From: Eledone cirrhosa
Taxonomy: Eukaryota
DNA length: 64,000 nucleotides
Reading direction: 5' to 3'
Assembly: GCA_964016885.1 (NCBI GenBank)
Contig: OZ024746.1
Span: 11,656,001-11,720,000 of the forward strand
Shown piece after piece: positions 51,428-64,000 of this stretch. Under the pieces are notes generated by a model. The model did not search any database, was not told the origin of the DNA, and saw only the letters and a program-made list of their open reading frames with translations. The number at the start of each line of letters is the position of its first letter. Position 1 is the stretch's first letter. The translations under genes and the position numbers were made by a program.

Positions 51428-51617
51428 AATTGTTTCTACTTTTGGCACACAGCAAGCAATTACCCAGTGCATTACTGGTACTTTATTTTATCGACTCCGT
51501 AGGGATGAAAGGCAAAGTTAACCTCAGCAGTATTTGAACTCAGAATGGCAAAAGCAGTAACTCTATGCTGGAAAGCATGGCATCCGACCCTCTACCAATA
51601 CTGCCAATACACCACCT
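51428..51617 (-). mobile_element. Deu/Nin-like SINE with target-site duplication
   Basis: Flanked by the direct repeat ACCACCTTAATAAT, inside a family-B MITE. Confidence 0.75.
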
Positions 51618-53329
51618 TAATAATGAGTTTGTGTTGTTAGCTGTATTACTAAATCCATCCATATTCTTTATTTACAAAATTATTTGAAAATCATAGACAA
51701 TGTCTTTCATGAAAAGTATGATAATGAATGAGTTATATCGCTAAATCCCTATAGAATAACATAAAAGTCCACTGTCCCTTAAAAAAGAATTTAGAGCATT
51801 ATGCCGAGTAAAACGAAAATACTAATAACAGTGATTCCTTTTGAGTTCAAATCCTGCTTGTGTTTACATAACTTATTAATTCCTGCAAATTTGTAAGTAA
51901 ATGTACCAAGTAATATTCTGGAGTCAATTTAATTTATTCTATTTCTTCCCTACAAAATGTTATTAGAAGGTGTTGCAAGTAAGCAGGACTAAATATATCA
52001 TTTTTAACATGTAGATTCTCTCTCTTGCTCCTGGATCCAAAAACTCTTGAAGTCAGCTTTACTCTTTATTTTCTCAGGGTCGATAACTTAATACCATTAA
52101 TATACTAGAGTTGAATCAAACAACTAAAATAGTTCTCTATAAAAGTTTTTGCCTCTTTTCTCAGAAAGTTGCCAACAATAGAATATTTTTATAATTCTTT
52201 TTTTTTTTTTTGTGATAAAAAAGATATTTATCTTTTCCCAGTCAATGGAATGTGATGTATGGTTATTCTATGTGGGGTGGTGGGAGAAGTGCATCTGTTG
52301 TTTGTTTTTAAGTAAGTTTATTAATATTCCTTAACTACAGCCCTCCATCAACTTCTCATTCTGCCTTATCTCCCATCCTTCCCCATACCCCATACATTAT
52401 ATCATACATTATATTGGTTTATAAATTAGTATAAAAACATAAGGAGGCTTTTCCTCAGTAACAAGCTTGCAATGGAAGTGTGTAGTCTAGTGATATTTAT
52501 TTTTTATCTGTGGTAAATGGAGATTAATTTATACTTACGTTTCATACAAATCTCCCTAAACAGGGACGATGATCTTTGATGGAAAGACTTTTGATACCAA
52601 ACTGCCTCTGGTTCTATGAAATAAAACCATCTATTTTAATGGATACCTATTTAAATTAAAACCTTCCAACATAATTTTATAGAGGAACCTTTTGATAAAT
52701 TATGTTAAAAATACCATCTTAATAATGAAATAATAATATTAGTAAATCCCTCCTAATTCTTCAAATTAATAATATTTTGTTAGAAATGCAGTCATAAGAT
52801 GGTTCATTTTTTTTCTCCTGAATATCAGAACCACCTCTGCTCAAAGTTCATTGTATTTAAACTGAGATATAGTTTAATCTTTGATTGCAATAAAACAAAT
52901 GCCCATAATATACTAGGATTTAATTAATCCAACTTTACTTTTTTCAATTAACCTTTTTGATACCAAGTTACCTAAAATCACTGCTGGTCTTATGATAGAA
53001 AACTATTTATTTTAAAGTGTTTATATTTATCTAAATATCTTTCATCATAATTTTATATAAGAACAAACATCAGAAAGTTAATTGTATCATTAAATTCCTC
53101 CAAGTTGTTAGTTATTTTCAAAATAATAGGCACTGTCTTTTTGTTAGAAATATCATAATTGTTTCTACTTTTGGCACAAGGCCAGCAATTAAATCAGTGT
53201 ATTACTGGTACTTTATTTTATCAACTCCGTAAGGATGAAAGGCAAATGAATTCTTCATTATGATATTTCTAACATAATGATCTTTCATTATGTTAGAAAT
53301 ATCATAATGAAGAATCCATTAGAATTATT

Positions 53330-53521
53330 GGTGGATTGGCAGTATTGGTAGAGGGTCGGACGCCATGCTTTGACGTATAGAGTTACGGTCCTTGCAATTC
53401 TGAGTTCAAATCCCGCCAAGGATAACTTTGCCTTTCATCCTTACAGGGTCGATAAAATAAAGTACCAGTAATGCACTGGGTATTTGCTGGCCTTGTGCCA
53501 AACGTAGAAACAATTATTATT
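53330..53521 (+). mobile_element. Deu/Nin-like SINE, full length
   Basis: Same family as 1308-1505. A truncated inverted copy lies at 53157-53245. Confidence 0.8.
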
Positions 53522-54258
53522 AGTAAGGTAATGTTGTGAAAGAGGCAGTAAAGCAACCGAAGTAGATATTTTGGAGTGTTTAGTTTTTTATGTACAAAGT
53601 TCAACTGCCACATTGGATGTCATTGCATTTCATCTATCTGGGTTCAACATTGTTAAATTTTTCCTTACCATATTTCTAATGAAAGATAACATCTATGATT
53701 TTCAAATCATTTTTAAAATAAGAATTTTGTGGGATTTAGTTATATAACTTTCTCATTATTAAGCTGGTGTTTGGAAGATAATTTAACAAAAGTTCCTACA
53801 TAAAATTATGATAGAAGGTTTTTAGATAAATATATACACTTTAGAATAAATATATTAGAATCATCGAATTAGGTAGTTTCATATAAAAAGGGTTAACCTT
53901 GTAACAATTTAAGAAATCATTATTGGAAGAATTGGTAGAGCATTGGACAAAATGTCTTGTGGTATTTAGTTACGGCTCTTTATGCTCTGCATTCAAATCT
54001 CGCTAAAGTTAACTTTGCCTTTCATTCTTTCAGGGTCGGTATAATATAGTACCAGTCAACTAATGGGGTTGATTTAATTGATTTTCCCCTCCTTTCCACC
54101 TAAATAGTTAGCAGTGCCTAAATCAGAAACCGCTATTATTATTATTGTTCATTTTTGTAAATCTCAGACACTTAGATGTTAAACAATCTGGATATTTCAG
54201 TTAGGGAGCAGTCAAAAACAAATTGACAAAGGTCCCTCACTGCATTCTTTCCTATACC

Positions 54259-54610
54259 TTACGTAGACAAGAGTTTTTTTAAAATCCTTGCTGTACCAAA
54301 AAGTGCTGTCTTCTGCATGACCTGTAACCTTGCACCAATTCTGATTCTATTTACGAAATCCTCAAAACTGTCCAATATGCATCTCAATACTCCGATCACC
54401 ACTGGAATCACTAAAACCTTCTTCTTCCCCAACTTTACAACCTCCTCCTTCAGTGGCTTATACTTCCCCATCTTTTCAAGCTCTTTATTCTTCACTCTAC
54501 TATCTCCTATAATAGATATATCAATAATTTGGGCCTCTTTTTCTTCTTGTTCATAACTAAAATGTCTGGCCTTCTTGCCTCAATGGTAAAGTCCCACAAA
54601 AGCTTATTGT
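54259..54610 (-). mobile_element. R4/Dong-like LINE C-terminal remnant
   Basis: KLLWDFTI..RRPDILV...IIDI...KELEKMGKYKPL...VIPVVIGVL...MQKTALFGTARILKK, containing the RLE PD..D..K motif. Confidence 0.8.
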
Positions 54611-56845
54611 TATTATTAAAAACAGGGGTAGGGTCATGAGGACCCTTCAGTTGTGCCAAGGTACAGCAGCCTCTAATGTTGGTGATCTGCACAATAAATG
54701 CACCCAGTACATGCTGTTAAGTGGTTGGTGGTAGGAAGGACATCTAGCTGTAGAAAGCTTGCCGCCAAACAAAGGGTTGGGAGGACTCTTCAGTTGTGTC
54801 AAAAATATGACAACCTCTCCCTGTGCACTTGATGAGATGCAGGTCTCTGGTCTGTATGGGAGATCAATAGCCCTGCTTCGGTACTGACATGGTCTATGTA
54901 GACCAATCCAATCCTTACTAGCAGAGAAAGCAAGCATTAAAGTGATAATGATGAGAGAGTAAAAGATATCTATTTTATGTGAGACATTAATGTAATTAAT
55001 GGAGTGAATTGCTAGATGGGAAGTATCCATCAATGGATGATTGGTTGTATTGATTAAGAGTCAATTACATGATGAGATGCAGCTACTGGTAGGTGATCAG
55101 CCTGTTGATCTTTGGAAACAAAACAAAAAAGTGATTCTCGTGGTTTTCATAAAAGCTATATTAGTAATATAATTGAAATGACTTGGCTACAATTGGGTCA
55201 TAGGCTCAGTTTATGGTGAGCTTAATGTCTGCAATGTTTATAACATACGATATATGTATTCATACATGTACATAAAAAAAGTAATTGTGTATGAACAAGG
55301 AAGAAAAAGAAAAAGAGAGAGACATGTAAATGTATATAAAAACATACACATACATATATACTTAAACAGGGACAAAGACATATATATACATTAGTATTTA
55401 ATCCTTTCCTTTTTTTTTAACCCACTATTGACAGTTAATCGAATCAATTACTAAAATTTCCATGTTCAGAGATATTTATTTATCTGTGGATGGTCAGCCC
55501 TTTTGAAGAAACCAATAGGATTCAGCAAATCTGGCCAATCTTTATGGGAGATGGCATTGAATTCAACACTGCAAACTAATGAAATGTTTGTCGAATTATT
55601 TTCAGTGGTGTATAATACTATCTCATAATTCTTATATACTGCCTATAATGTGTCCTGGAGCAATGAATTGACAGAATTGTTAAAACATCAGATAGAATAC
55701 TTTGCAGTATTCTTTCTGGCTCTCTGCACTCAAAACCTGCCATGGTCAACATTGCCTTTGTCCTTTTGAGGTCTATAAAAATAGTACCTGTCCAGAACTG
55801 AGGTCGATTCGTTTTCTATATCTCTTTTTAACTTCCTCTTTCTCCTTCTCTGAAAAAAAAATCATCTGTGTCCAGACCTAGTGAGAGGTTGGGTTCTGTC
55901 AGGTTTAAAATGCCCAAGTCACTTTAAACTTGACAGAACTCATTCTCTCTCCAGGTCTGGACACATGATTTTTTTCCAGGCAGCACCATTACAACTCCCT
56001 AGGCAGAAGGACTTGATTCAAAGCTGCTGACAAATGAAACCCATGCATTATGCAGTGTTTCCACTGCTCTAAGACATAGTTTGTATTTACCTCATAGCAC
56101 CTATTTATAGTTGACTAGGCCAGCAATTGTTAAGTGTCTTAACTTATACATTGCATAGTGCAGGTGATATGATTTGATTTGAATAATTAACACTTTGATT
56201 GATAGCCCAACATCTAATCACCTAGGCCCTTTACTACATCCTATAAATGTTAGTGTTACATTAGAGATTGTGTGATGTTTATACCTTTCCAGGCTAAGGA
56301 TCAAAGTATTAGCAATGACATACATAGTACTAGTGATGTCATACATAGTAGTAGTGATACAATGACTGTAAGCTGGAAGTGAAACTGGGTCATTGTCAAG
56401 AGCTAACTTCTCTCAGTCAATGGTGCTATCTATATTTATATATTTACATATCAAAATAGTACATTCTCATTTTCTCCCTTACAATGCAAGATTATTTTGG
56501 TGGAGGCAGAATGAGATATTGTGATGTCCCTACTTCTCCTGAAGACATGAGTGACGTAAATAATAAACTTTTTTTTTAATTATGGCAACATTTGTTTGTT
56601 GTTTTTTTTTACTTGGTTCCATTATACATTTTAGTTTCTATTAGTTTACAGAAGTAAGATTTAAAATTGACGTAATGTAATGAAAAATATAAATTCTATA
56701 TGTCATAACAATGGAAACAACTGGTGATGGTGAAGTTTTTTTGTCTCAGCTTTTGCTCAGTTCAAATTCTTGTCTCTTGTTTTTAACTTTGGGCTCACAA
56801 GAAATTATATTTTGTTGAGTTTAGTATATTATAAGGGACAATGTT

Positions 56846-57043
56846 CGAGGGTCAGCTGAAAAGTTCATAGGCTGACTATGAAGGAGTGATGCTGGAGCTG
56901 TGAAATCTTGCATGCATTAATTTTAACCCTTCTTATTAATAACTGCATTGTTTCTGTCCAGGGACTATGTTGAAAAATAAACTTCATTTGGTCATTCCAT
57001 GAGAGTGTCTTGGTCAGCCTGTGAACTTTTCAGCTGACCCTCG
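56846..57043. mobile_element. mariner-like MITE
   Basis: 31-bp TIRs CGAGGGTCAGCTGAAAAGTTCA(T/C)AGGCTGAC with one mismatch. TA on the right flank. Confidence 0.85.
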
Positions 57044-58437
57044 TATAACTGATTGAATTTTCATCAGCCCTAAATAAATTTAAAAAAAAAAGAAACAAAG
57101 TTAATTCTGATAATTTGAACAAAGCAAGATATATCTAAGTACTGTAAAGTATCTAGTGTTGTGCTTTATTGGTTTGGCTCTCTTTCTAGTGTCATAACAA
57201 TGTTTATTTAATGACTCCTCATCCTCGACCTTATAGGGAATGACAGGCCAAGTCAATGCAGCAAATTCAACCTAAATCGGATTTGAACTCATAGTGTAAC
57301 ACTAATCTAAATATTATGAAGCATTTAGTAAAAAATTAACTTTAATAATAATGATTTCTAATTTAGGACCAAGACCAGTAATTGTGGGTGAGGGGAAAGT
57401 CGATTACATTGACCCCAGTATGTGACTGGTACTTTATTTTATCAACCCTATAAAGATGAACAGCAAAGTTAACTTCATGGGATTTGAAATCTGAACGTAA
57501 TGAACCAGAACAAATACTGTTTAACAATTGTCCAACACTCTAAAGAATCTGCCAATAATAGTAATATTGAATTCTTACACATGTTAGCATGGGAAAAATA
57601 GAAGTAAATATCAAAATAAAGATACAGTTGATTGAAAGCTAAGTCATGTTTTGTATGTCAAGATAGCTGCTTAGTTGTGTCAAATGCTTGGCATTTAACT
57701 GACCATGTTGCATATATAGTCTCAACTCCACTTGATTGTTAACAACAGATGTATATTGATTTCTTTTCAATACAAACAAGGTCAAATTTTATAGGGGAGT
57801 ACTGTTGCTTTATAAACTGGTACTCTATTTGCATAGCACTTTTATAATATAACTAGCCAATGGTGTAGTGGCTTGGTAATTAAGGACATTGAAAACATAC
57901 ATTAGAAATAAGGTTCTGAGTTCAGACTAAGTCTGATGAAAATGTATATATCTAGGCATAGAACACCTGAAAATGAGAGCAGATTGGGCTGATAATGTGT
58001 TAAACATAATTCCATGCACATAATTATCAAATTGCTTTTTTTTTTTTTTAATTGTGGTTTAATGAATACTTCTGCTATCAGCTCATACTCTGCATTTCTG
58101 CTCACCAATTGCTCAAGTAGACTAATGGGCAACCAACCATAGAAATCATACCAGAAACAAACATATGAGCAAAATGGAGTCATCAGACCTGTTTAGCCTC
58201 AGAATGTGACGACCCATCTAATTTATGCAAGCATGGAAAATATGTAAAATGATGATGAGGAGGAGGGGGGGGGGGGGTGACCATCATCATGGATAAGTCA
58301 TCATAGTGGAGTCTACAGCTGGCTATTGCAGGTACCAAGATTATGTGTAGAGAAATATTTTGACTAGAAATTAAGCCTGTATTACAGCTTCATATCTCTT
58401 GTTTACTGTCTTTATATAGTAGCCATAATAATAACAA

Positions 58438-58845
58438 CATGGCTGTGTGGTTAAGAAATTTGTTTTACAATCATGTGGTTTCAGTTTGATCCTACTGTGT
58501 TGCACCTTAGGCAAATGTTTTCTACTATAGCTTCATGCTGACTAATACCATGTGAGTGAAAGACTGTTGTGTATATTTGTTTGTGTGTTTGTCTTCACAT
58601 TGATGCCACTTTGGTAGCTGATGGCATTTGTCCATGTTTCACATAAAGAATATATCCCAAGGCTCATCAGTTCAGCATGTGAAGATCAGTGAAATAATTA
58701 TTTTAGATACAAACAAAAAAAATGAGTAAAGGCTGGCATCAGGAAGAGCTTCACTGTAGAATATTGCCTCAAAAACATTTTGTCCAGCCCATACCAACCT
58801 AGAAAAGCTGATGTGAAAACAATGATGAGTATGAGGATGATGTAT
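58438..58845 (+). mobile_element. Old tRNA/CORE-type SINE with RTE-like tail
   Basis: Head CATGGCTGTGTGGTTAAGA, then CACCTTAGGCAAATG and tail module GGCATCAGGAAGAGC...(ATG)n. Confidence 0.55.
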
Positions 58846-61062
58846 AATTAATCAGATGAAGAATGTCAGACTCTCCCAGACAAGTGAAATTGATGCAGCT
58901 AATGCTTAGCCAGAACATCTTTAGGAGAATCATGGGGGTTGGGGAAGATCAGCGATTTGGGTTTGATTGCTTGCAACAGAGTGAAATCCACTAAAGGCAG
59001 CTAAGGATCAGGTGGTGGTGTTATATTCATGCATGAAAATGTGTGCACATACCAAAACAGGAATTTACATTCATTCATTCATTTGTATATATATACATAC
59101 ACTTTCCATAAATAGATACTACTTGTAGACTTTCATAAATGATATTTGCATCCACATATGTATAAATCTATATGTATGCACACACACACATGGAGAGAGA
59201 CAAGCACACTTTTCAAGTATAATTAGTGTAAGAACTACAAATTATAGTTTTGTTTTGTTTTCTTTGAGGCTCTCCTGCAGTCAAGGTTTACAATGTTAAT
59301 GTTCTATTTTAATTTTTATTATTCCTGTTTTTGTTTTTTTAACATGTCTAGAAACTTTAGCTGTCCTCAAGTCGGCCTCTCGATTTAGACTGTTTAACCT
59401 AAATAACATATTGTGTAGAAAAACTACTACTGCTACATAGCTTCTCTAATTAGTATTATTATTTGTAGTTGGTTCAAGTGAATAGTAATCTCATTATAAT
59501 ATCTAGTGGCTACATGAGTAAATATACTTTCTTTATTAAGAAATCTGAGACCAAAAATTTTTTTTTAAATGTTTAAACTTAATGTATATAAACTCACAAA
59601 AATAATTTATTAAAAAAATCTATTGTTTTTTTTTTGTGTTGTTTTAAAATAAATTTCATATAAATCTAATTAATTCTATCTATTTCTTCTTTATATATAT
59701 ATAAAGAACTATCAATTCCAACAGTAAGAATTCATTCTAATTTTCCCAGAGTAGAAATATATATAAATATATATTTACATATATTTATATATTTCTACTC
59801 TGGGAAAATTAGAATAACATCTTACCCTTGGAATAGATAGTCCTTAAGTTTTTCATATCAAACCTGAAAAAGTTCAATGACCTATGAACACATAAGTTAA
59901 AAATATGTTTTCAATGATGTAAATAGTAACAATTAAATTCAAGAAATATCTTTTTACATGTATGACCTTGTATAACCATTATAACAAATAATTTTCTTCA
60001 TCTAGAGACACATTAGGCTCTCTGCACTTCTTCAGATTTGGTGTCAAAAATGTAAAGAATACTGGTAGAGTGTTAGTGAATATGTTTCCATTTACTTTGG
60101 TTGATGATATCTAGATTCTTAAAATTATTTACAATCTACAATTTTTATTTTTATTTTTACTGAACTGATTATTTATCTTTTTGTTTTTGTGTGTATATCC
60201 CAATTTTAGAATTGATACACCATATCTCTACATATTGTAGTTAGTGTAGGAACGGCTATAAATTGTTGTCTCAAACCAACCCATCCAACCCATACCAGCA
60301 TGAAAAAATAGACATAAAAACAATGATAATGATGATCTGCTGTGTGTATATCCCATTTTGTAGAATAGGTGTACCATATTCCTGCATGTCATAAGAGGTG
60401 ATTAAAAGGGTTAGGGCAATCAGCTGTAAAACATTGTCTAACCTATGTTGCATAGAAAAGTGGATGTAAAAATAGATGAGGATGATCTGTTGTATGTATC
60501 CTGTTTAAAACAAGTAAAGTGGTCATTTTGGTGCCACAACAAAAAATGCCCAGCCCACACTGTAAAGTGATCATTTTGGTACCATGACAAAAAAGCGCCC
60601 AGTCCACAATGTAAAATGGTCGTGTTGGTGTCACAACAAAAAACACCCAGTCCACACTATAAATGTGGTTGGCATTAGCAAGGGCATCCAACTACAAACC
60701 AAAAACGGTTCTGTGTAAGCAAGACAGTCATCTGGTCTGACTTGTCTCACAACAGTACAACCTGACTAAGCCATTCTAACGTGGAAAATGGACATTAAAT
60801 GATGATGATGATAAGTACACCATATCCCAGTATATTGTCAGAGGCAACTAAAAGGGTTAGCACCAGGAAAGATATTCAGCTATAAAATATAGCTTCAAAA
60901 AGGGCCCATGATAAGCATGAAGCCTATCACGGAGCCCACAAGGTTAACTCCTGTTTTAGCAGGGAAAATGGCCTGAAAGTGCAAGCTATATCTGTGTCCT
61001 ATTGCTTGAATTGGTCTGCTGATTTTGTAAATTCTTATTGAATCAACTAATATATTATATAT

Positions 61063-61426
61063 GGAGGCACATAGCTTAGTGGTTAGAGCATTGGCCTTGC
61101 AATCGAAAGGTTGTGGGTTCAATTCTCAGACCGGGTGATGTGTTATTTCCTTGAGCAAGACACTTTATTTCACATTGCTCCAGTTTACTCAGCTGTAGAA
61201 ATGAGATGATAGGACTGGGGTCCCTATCATTCCACTGCAAAGTAGTCGTGGAGGTGCCACGGCAAAAAAAAAGCACCCAGCCCACACTGTAAAGTGGACG
61301 TGTAGGCGCCACAGAAAAAAAGCACCCAGCACTCACTGTAAATGAGGTTGGTGTTAGGAAGGGCATCCAGCTGTAGAAATCAAGCCAGAATCAGTTCCCG
61401 TCCCACCCTTGCAAGCAGGGAAAAGT
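61063..61426 (+). mobile_element. tRNA/CORE-type SINE with RTE tail (3' end clipped)
   Basis: Near-identical to 34859-35245. Confidence 0.9.
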
Positions 61427-61735
61427 TTCCCACTTCTAATGCTTTCTAGAACATAATGGAATTAAAAAATTCCGATTAGTGGCATAGCAAAGTTTTAGTT
61501 TGGAATTAAAGAAGTAATATATATATAGATAGATACTTATAGAGCGAGATATTGTGAGTATCTGATTTAGAAAATGTTCACTGTATCCCTGCATGTTGTA
61601 AGAAATTACTACAAGGGTTGGTATCATAGCATCTGACTGTAAAACATTGCCTCAAAAAGTCCCGTCCAACCCATTCCAACTTGGAAAAGTTGATGTAAAA
61701 ATGATGATGATGATAATAATGATATATATATATAT

Positions 61736-62034
61736 ATCATCATCATTTTACGTCCGCTTTTCCCTGCTTGCAAGGGTGGGACGGGTCCTATTCAGCACAG
61801 CATCTCTCCACTTGTCACGGTACTTCGTCATCTCCTCCGTGAGTTTCAGCGATCTACCTCATGCTCTCACTACCTCCGCCCATGTTTTTCGTGGTCTTCC
61901 TCTACTGTGTCTTCCTTCTACTGGGATTTCTTGGCACTTCTTTACCCAGCAGTCATCCTCCATGCGCATCACATGTCCATACCATCTCAGTCTTCTCTCC
62001 TGCATACCACAACTTTCTCAACTCATCTATGCTT
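61736..62034 (-). mobile_element. Younger RTE LINE 3' end
   Basis: Reverse-complement homolog of 29750-30078. Confidence 0.88.
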
Positions 62035-62869
62035 GATGAGTAAGACATGGTCACCTGACTTGGCATTGCTCACAAGATAACTTGTCTAACCCATGCCAGC
62101 GTGGAAAAGTGGACGTTAAACAGTGATGATGGTGATATATAATAGTTCTCTGCTCTGTATATGCTGAACTAATTCACTCTGAAAAGGGTTTTTAAATCAG
62201 ATGAAATATGTGTTTTCTGCACATAATGTAACACCATATACACATTATACATTATTTTAGAAAACAATATTTTACTTATAGTTTTATGCACTCCTTGTTT
62301 CAATAACTTGTGTATCTTGTGTGTAAATATGTGTGGATGTAGGAATGTATATATGCATGTGTATAAAAACACACATGCATATATATATATAAGGACCAGG
62401 AGAACTCTTTGGCTGTGTCAAAGACATAAGTTCCCTAGTGCTGGTGCCACAATAAAATGCATTCTGTAAAGCATGGGAACGTTTGTGAGATATAAAAATA
62501 CCCTCCCCTAGTCTACCTGAGAGGGTTCGTGGCTCTGCTTGAATACTGACTCGGTCTGTGAGGATCCATCCATCCTTTGCTAAGAAGGCAGAATGATGTT
62601 ATGTTATCATCATTTAACATGCTCTTTTCCATGCTGGCATGGGTTGGACTAGTTGTTCCAGACTAAGACAGTACTTAATTGTAATTACTATCCTCCCAGG
62701 TGGGTGAGGGGCCACATTTGTCTTACATGCATTCCAGTTTTGGCATGGTTTCCATGTCTGGATGCCCTTCATATCACCAACCACTTTACAGTATGTACTG
62801 ATTTTATTTTAACCACAGGGAGGGTCACCAAAGTATGTGTATTGAAATGGGTATCTACATTCATCGATA

Positions 62870-63645
62870 CTGGTTGTTTTGTATGTTTTCAGCAGAGGTT
62901 ATAGTTCTCTGAAAATTTTTCCACTCCATTCTTATCCTGGCTACTACGCTTTTGATACATACACTTCCACTATTGACAAGGTCATCCAGGTATCAGAAAC
63001 TGTCAACCACTTTCAGTGTATCCTCTGAGCAACTCAAGGAAGTTTTCCTTTTGTGTGTTCTTACTGCTAACAGTTCCAACAGATCTGCCACAAAGTCTAC
63101 CTTTTCTGTCAATTATACATCTACACCTCTTGTGAGTCCATAGGTCATTCTGGTTACAATGTATAGAATGTCTGCCTACTTCTTTTCTGCACATTCAGCA
63201 AGACCACTTTCTTCCTACTTACTAACACTTTTATCTTCCCTAAATTTACTCTAAGGCCTTTTGATTCCAGGCCTCATTTCCAAATCTGGACTGTCCTCTC
63301 TAGCTCCTGTATTGTTTTGGCTATGAGAACTAGATCATATACACAGGTGTTCCCATGGACAACCTGTTTTAAACTACTCTGATATGACCCGAAGGACTAT
63401 TATATAATAAATAAGGGGGAGTGAGGGGGGAGCATTGATGGACGCCTACCTGCATGCTAATTCTTGGCTCTCACCTTACTGACTGCTTCCATGTACATGG
63501 TTTGTACATCCCTAACAAGCGTCTCATCTAGTCCTAGCTTCTTTAGCATCCACCAGATTATAGTGGGACCCTGTCAAAGACCTTCTTTAGATCAACAATC
63601 CTGAGTATAGGAGGGCTTATTCCTAGCTAGGTACTTCTGTAGAAT
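62870..63645 (-). mobile_element. Decayed RTE LINE RT region
   Basis: QKYLARNKPSY...DL.KVFDRVP...WWMLKKL and KVVDSF*YLDD motifs. Confidence 0.7.
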
Positions 63646-64000
63646 AAATATATATATATATACACATACATACATATATATAGTAATAATAATACATACA
63701 TATATAGAGAGAGATTCAAAATCCCAACCACGGCGCCAAGTGGTTTCGGCTTGTGTGTTCAGCAATATATATGATTTTAACTGACTAAAGCTTTTGGTTA
63801 CTTCCTCTGAAATGAATATATATCACATATGTGTGTGTGTGTAGTAAATAAGTAAATATATATACACTAAACTATAGATAGAACTATTGTTACTCTTCTC
63901 ATCTTTAATGTTTACATTCAGCTAAATTCAGATATTTATATGAGGAAAATTCATACACAGAAGTACAAACACACACACACAAACACTCACACATCCATGC

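Noticed and set aside
63722-63772. Minus-strand hammerhead-like GAAACCAC...GTGGTT
   Set aside because: The upstream core is CTGAACA rather than CTGANGA, and stems I and II do not pair.

Overview
AT-rich eukaryotic genomic DNA, most likely an octopus (coleoid cephalopod); this is inferred from the SINE/RTE repertoire and is not proven. The only host coding sequence I can support is a head-to-head gene pair near 38.4-39.3 kb. On the minus strand are coding exons 1-2 of an ataxin-7 (ATXN7/ATXN7L, SAGA DUB scaffold) homolog: MATVGDSPAKYAGQPWTVWAENVPLKDDV|GCTDTKSGDIGKDDNDCMKLRKE. On the plus strand is a 16-nt first coding exon, MAVTD|, matching THOC7 (THO/TREX). The start codons are about 500 nt apart, the arrangement I recall for human 3p14. 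I found no further exons of either gene, so the rest of the window is probably two very long introns. These are filled with tRNA-head SINEs (CORE-type and Deu/Nin-type), RTE, Penelope-like, R4/Dong, CRE-like and CR1-like retroelement remnants, Helitrons, TTAA (piggyBac-like), mariner and Tc2-like MITEs, microsatellites and several long palindromes. Nearly all listed ORFs are spurious or TE-derived. Repeat boundaries are approximate, and family names come from motif recognition rather than database searches.
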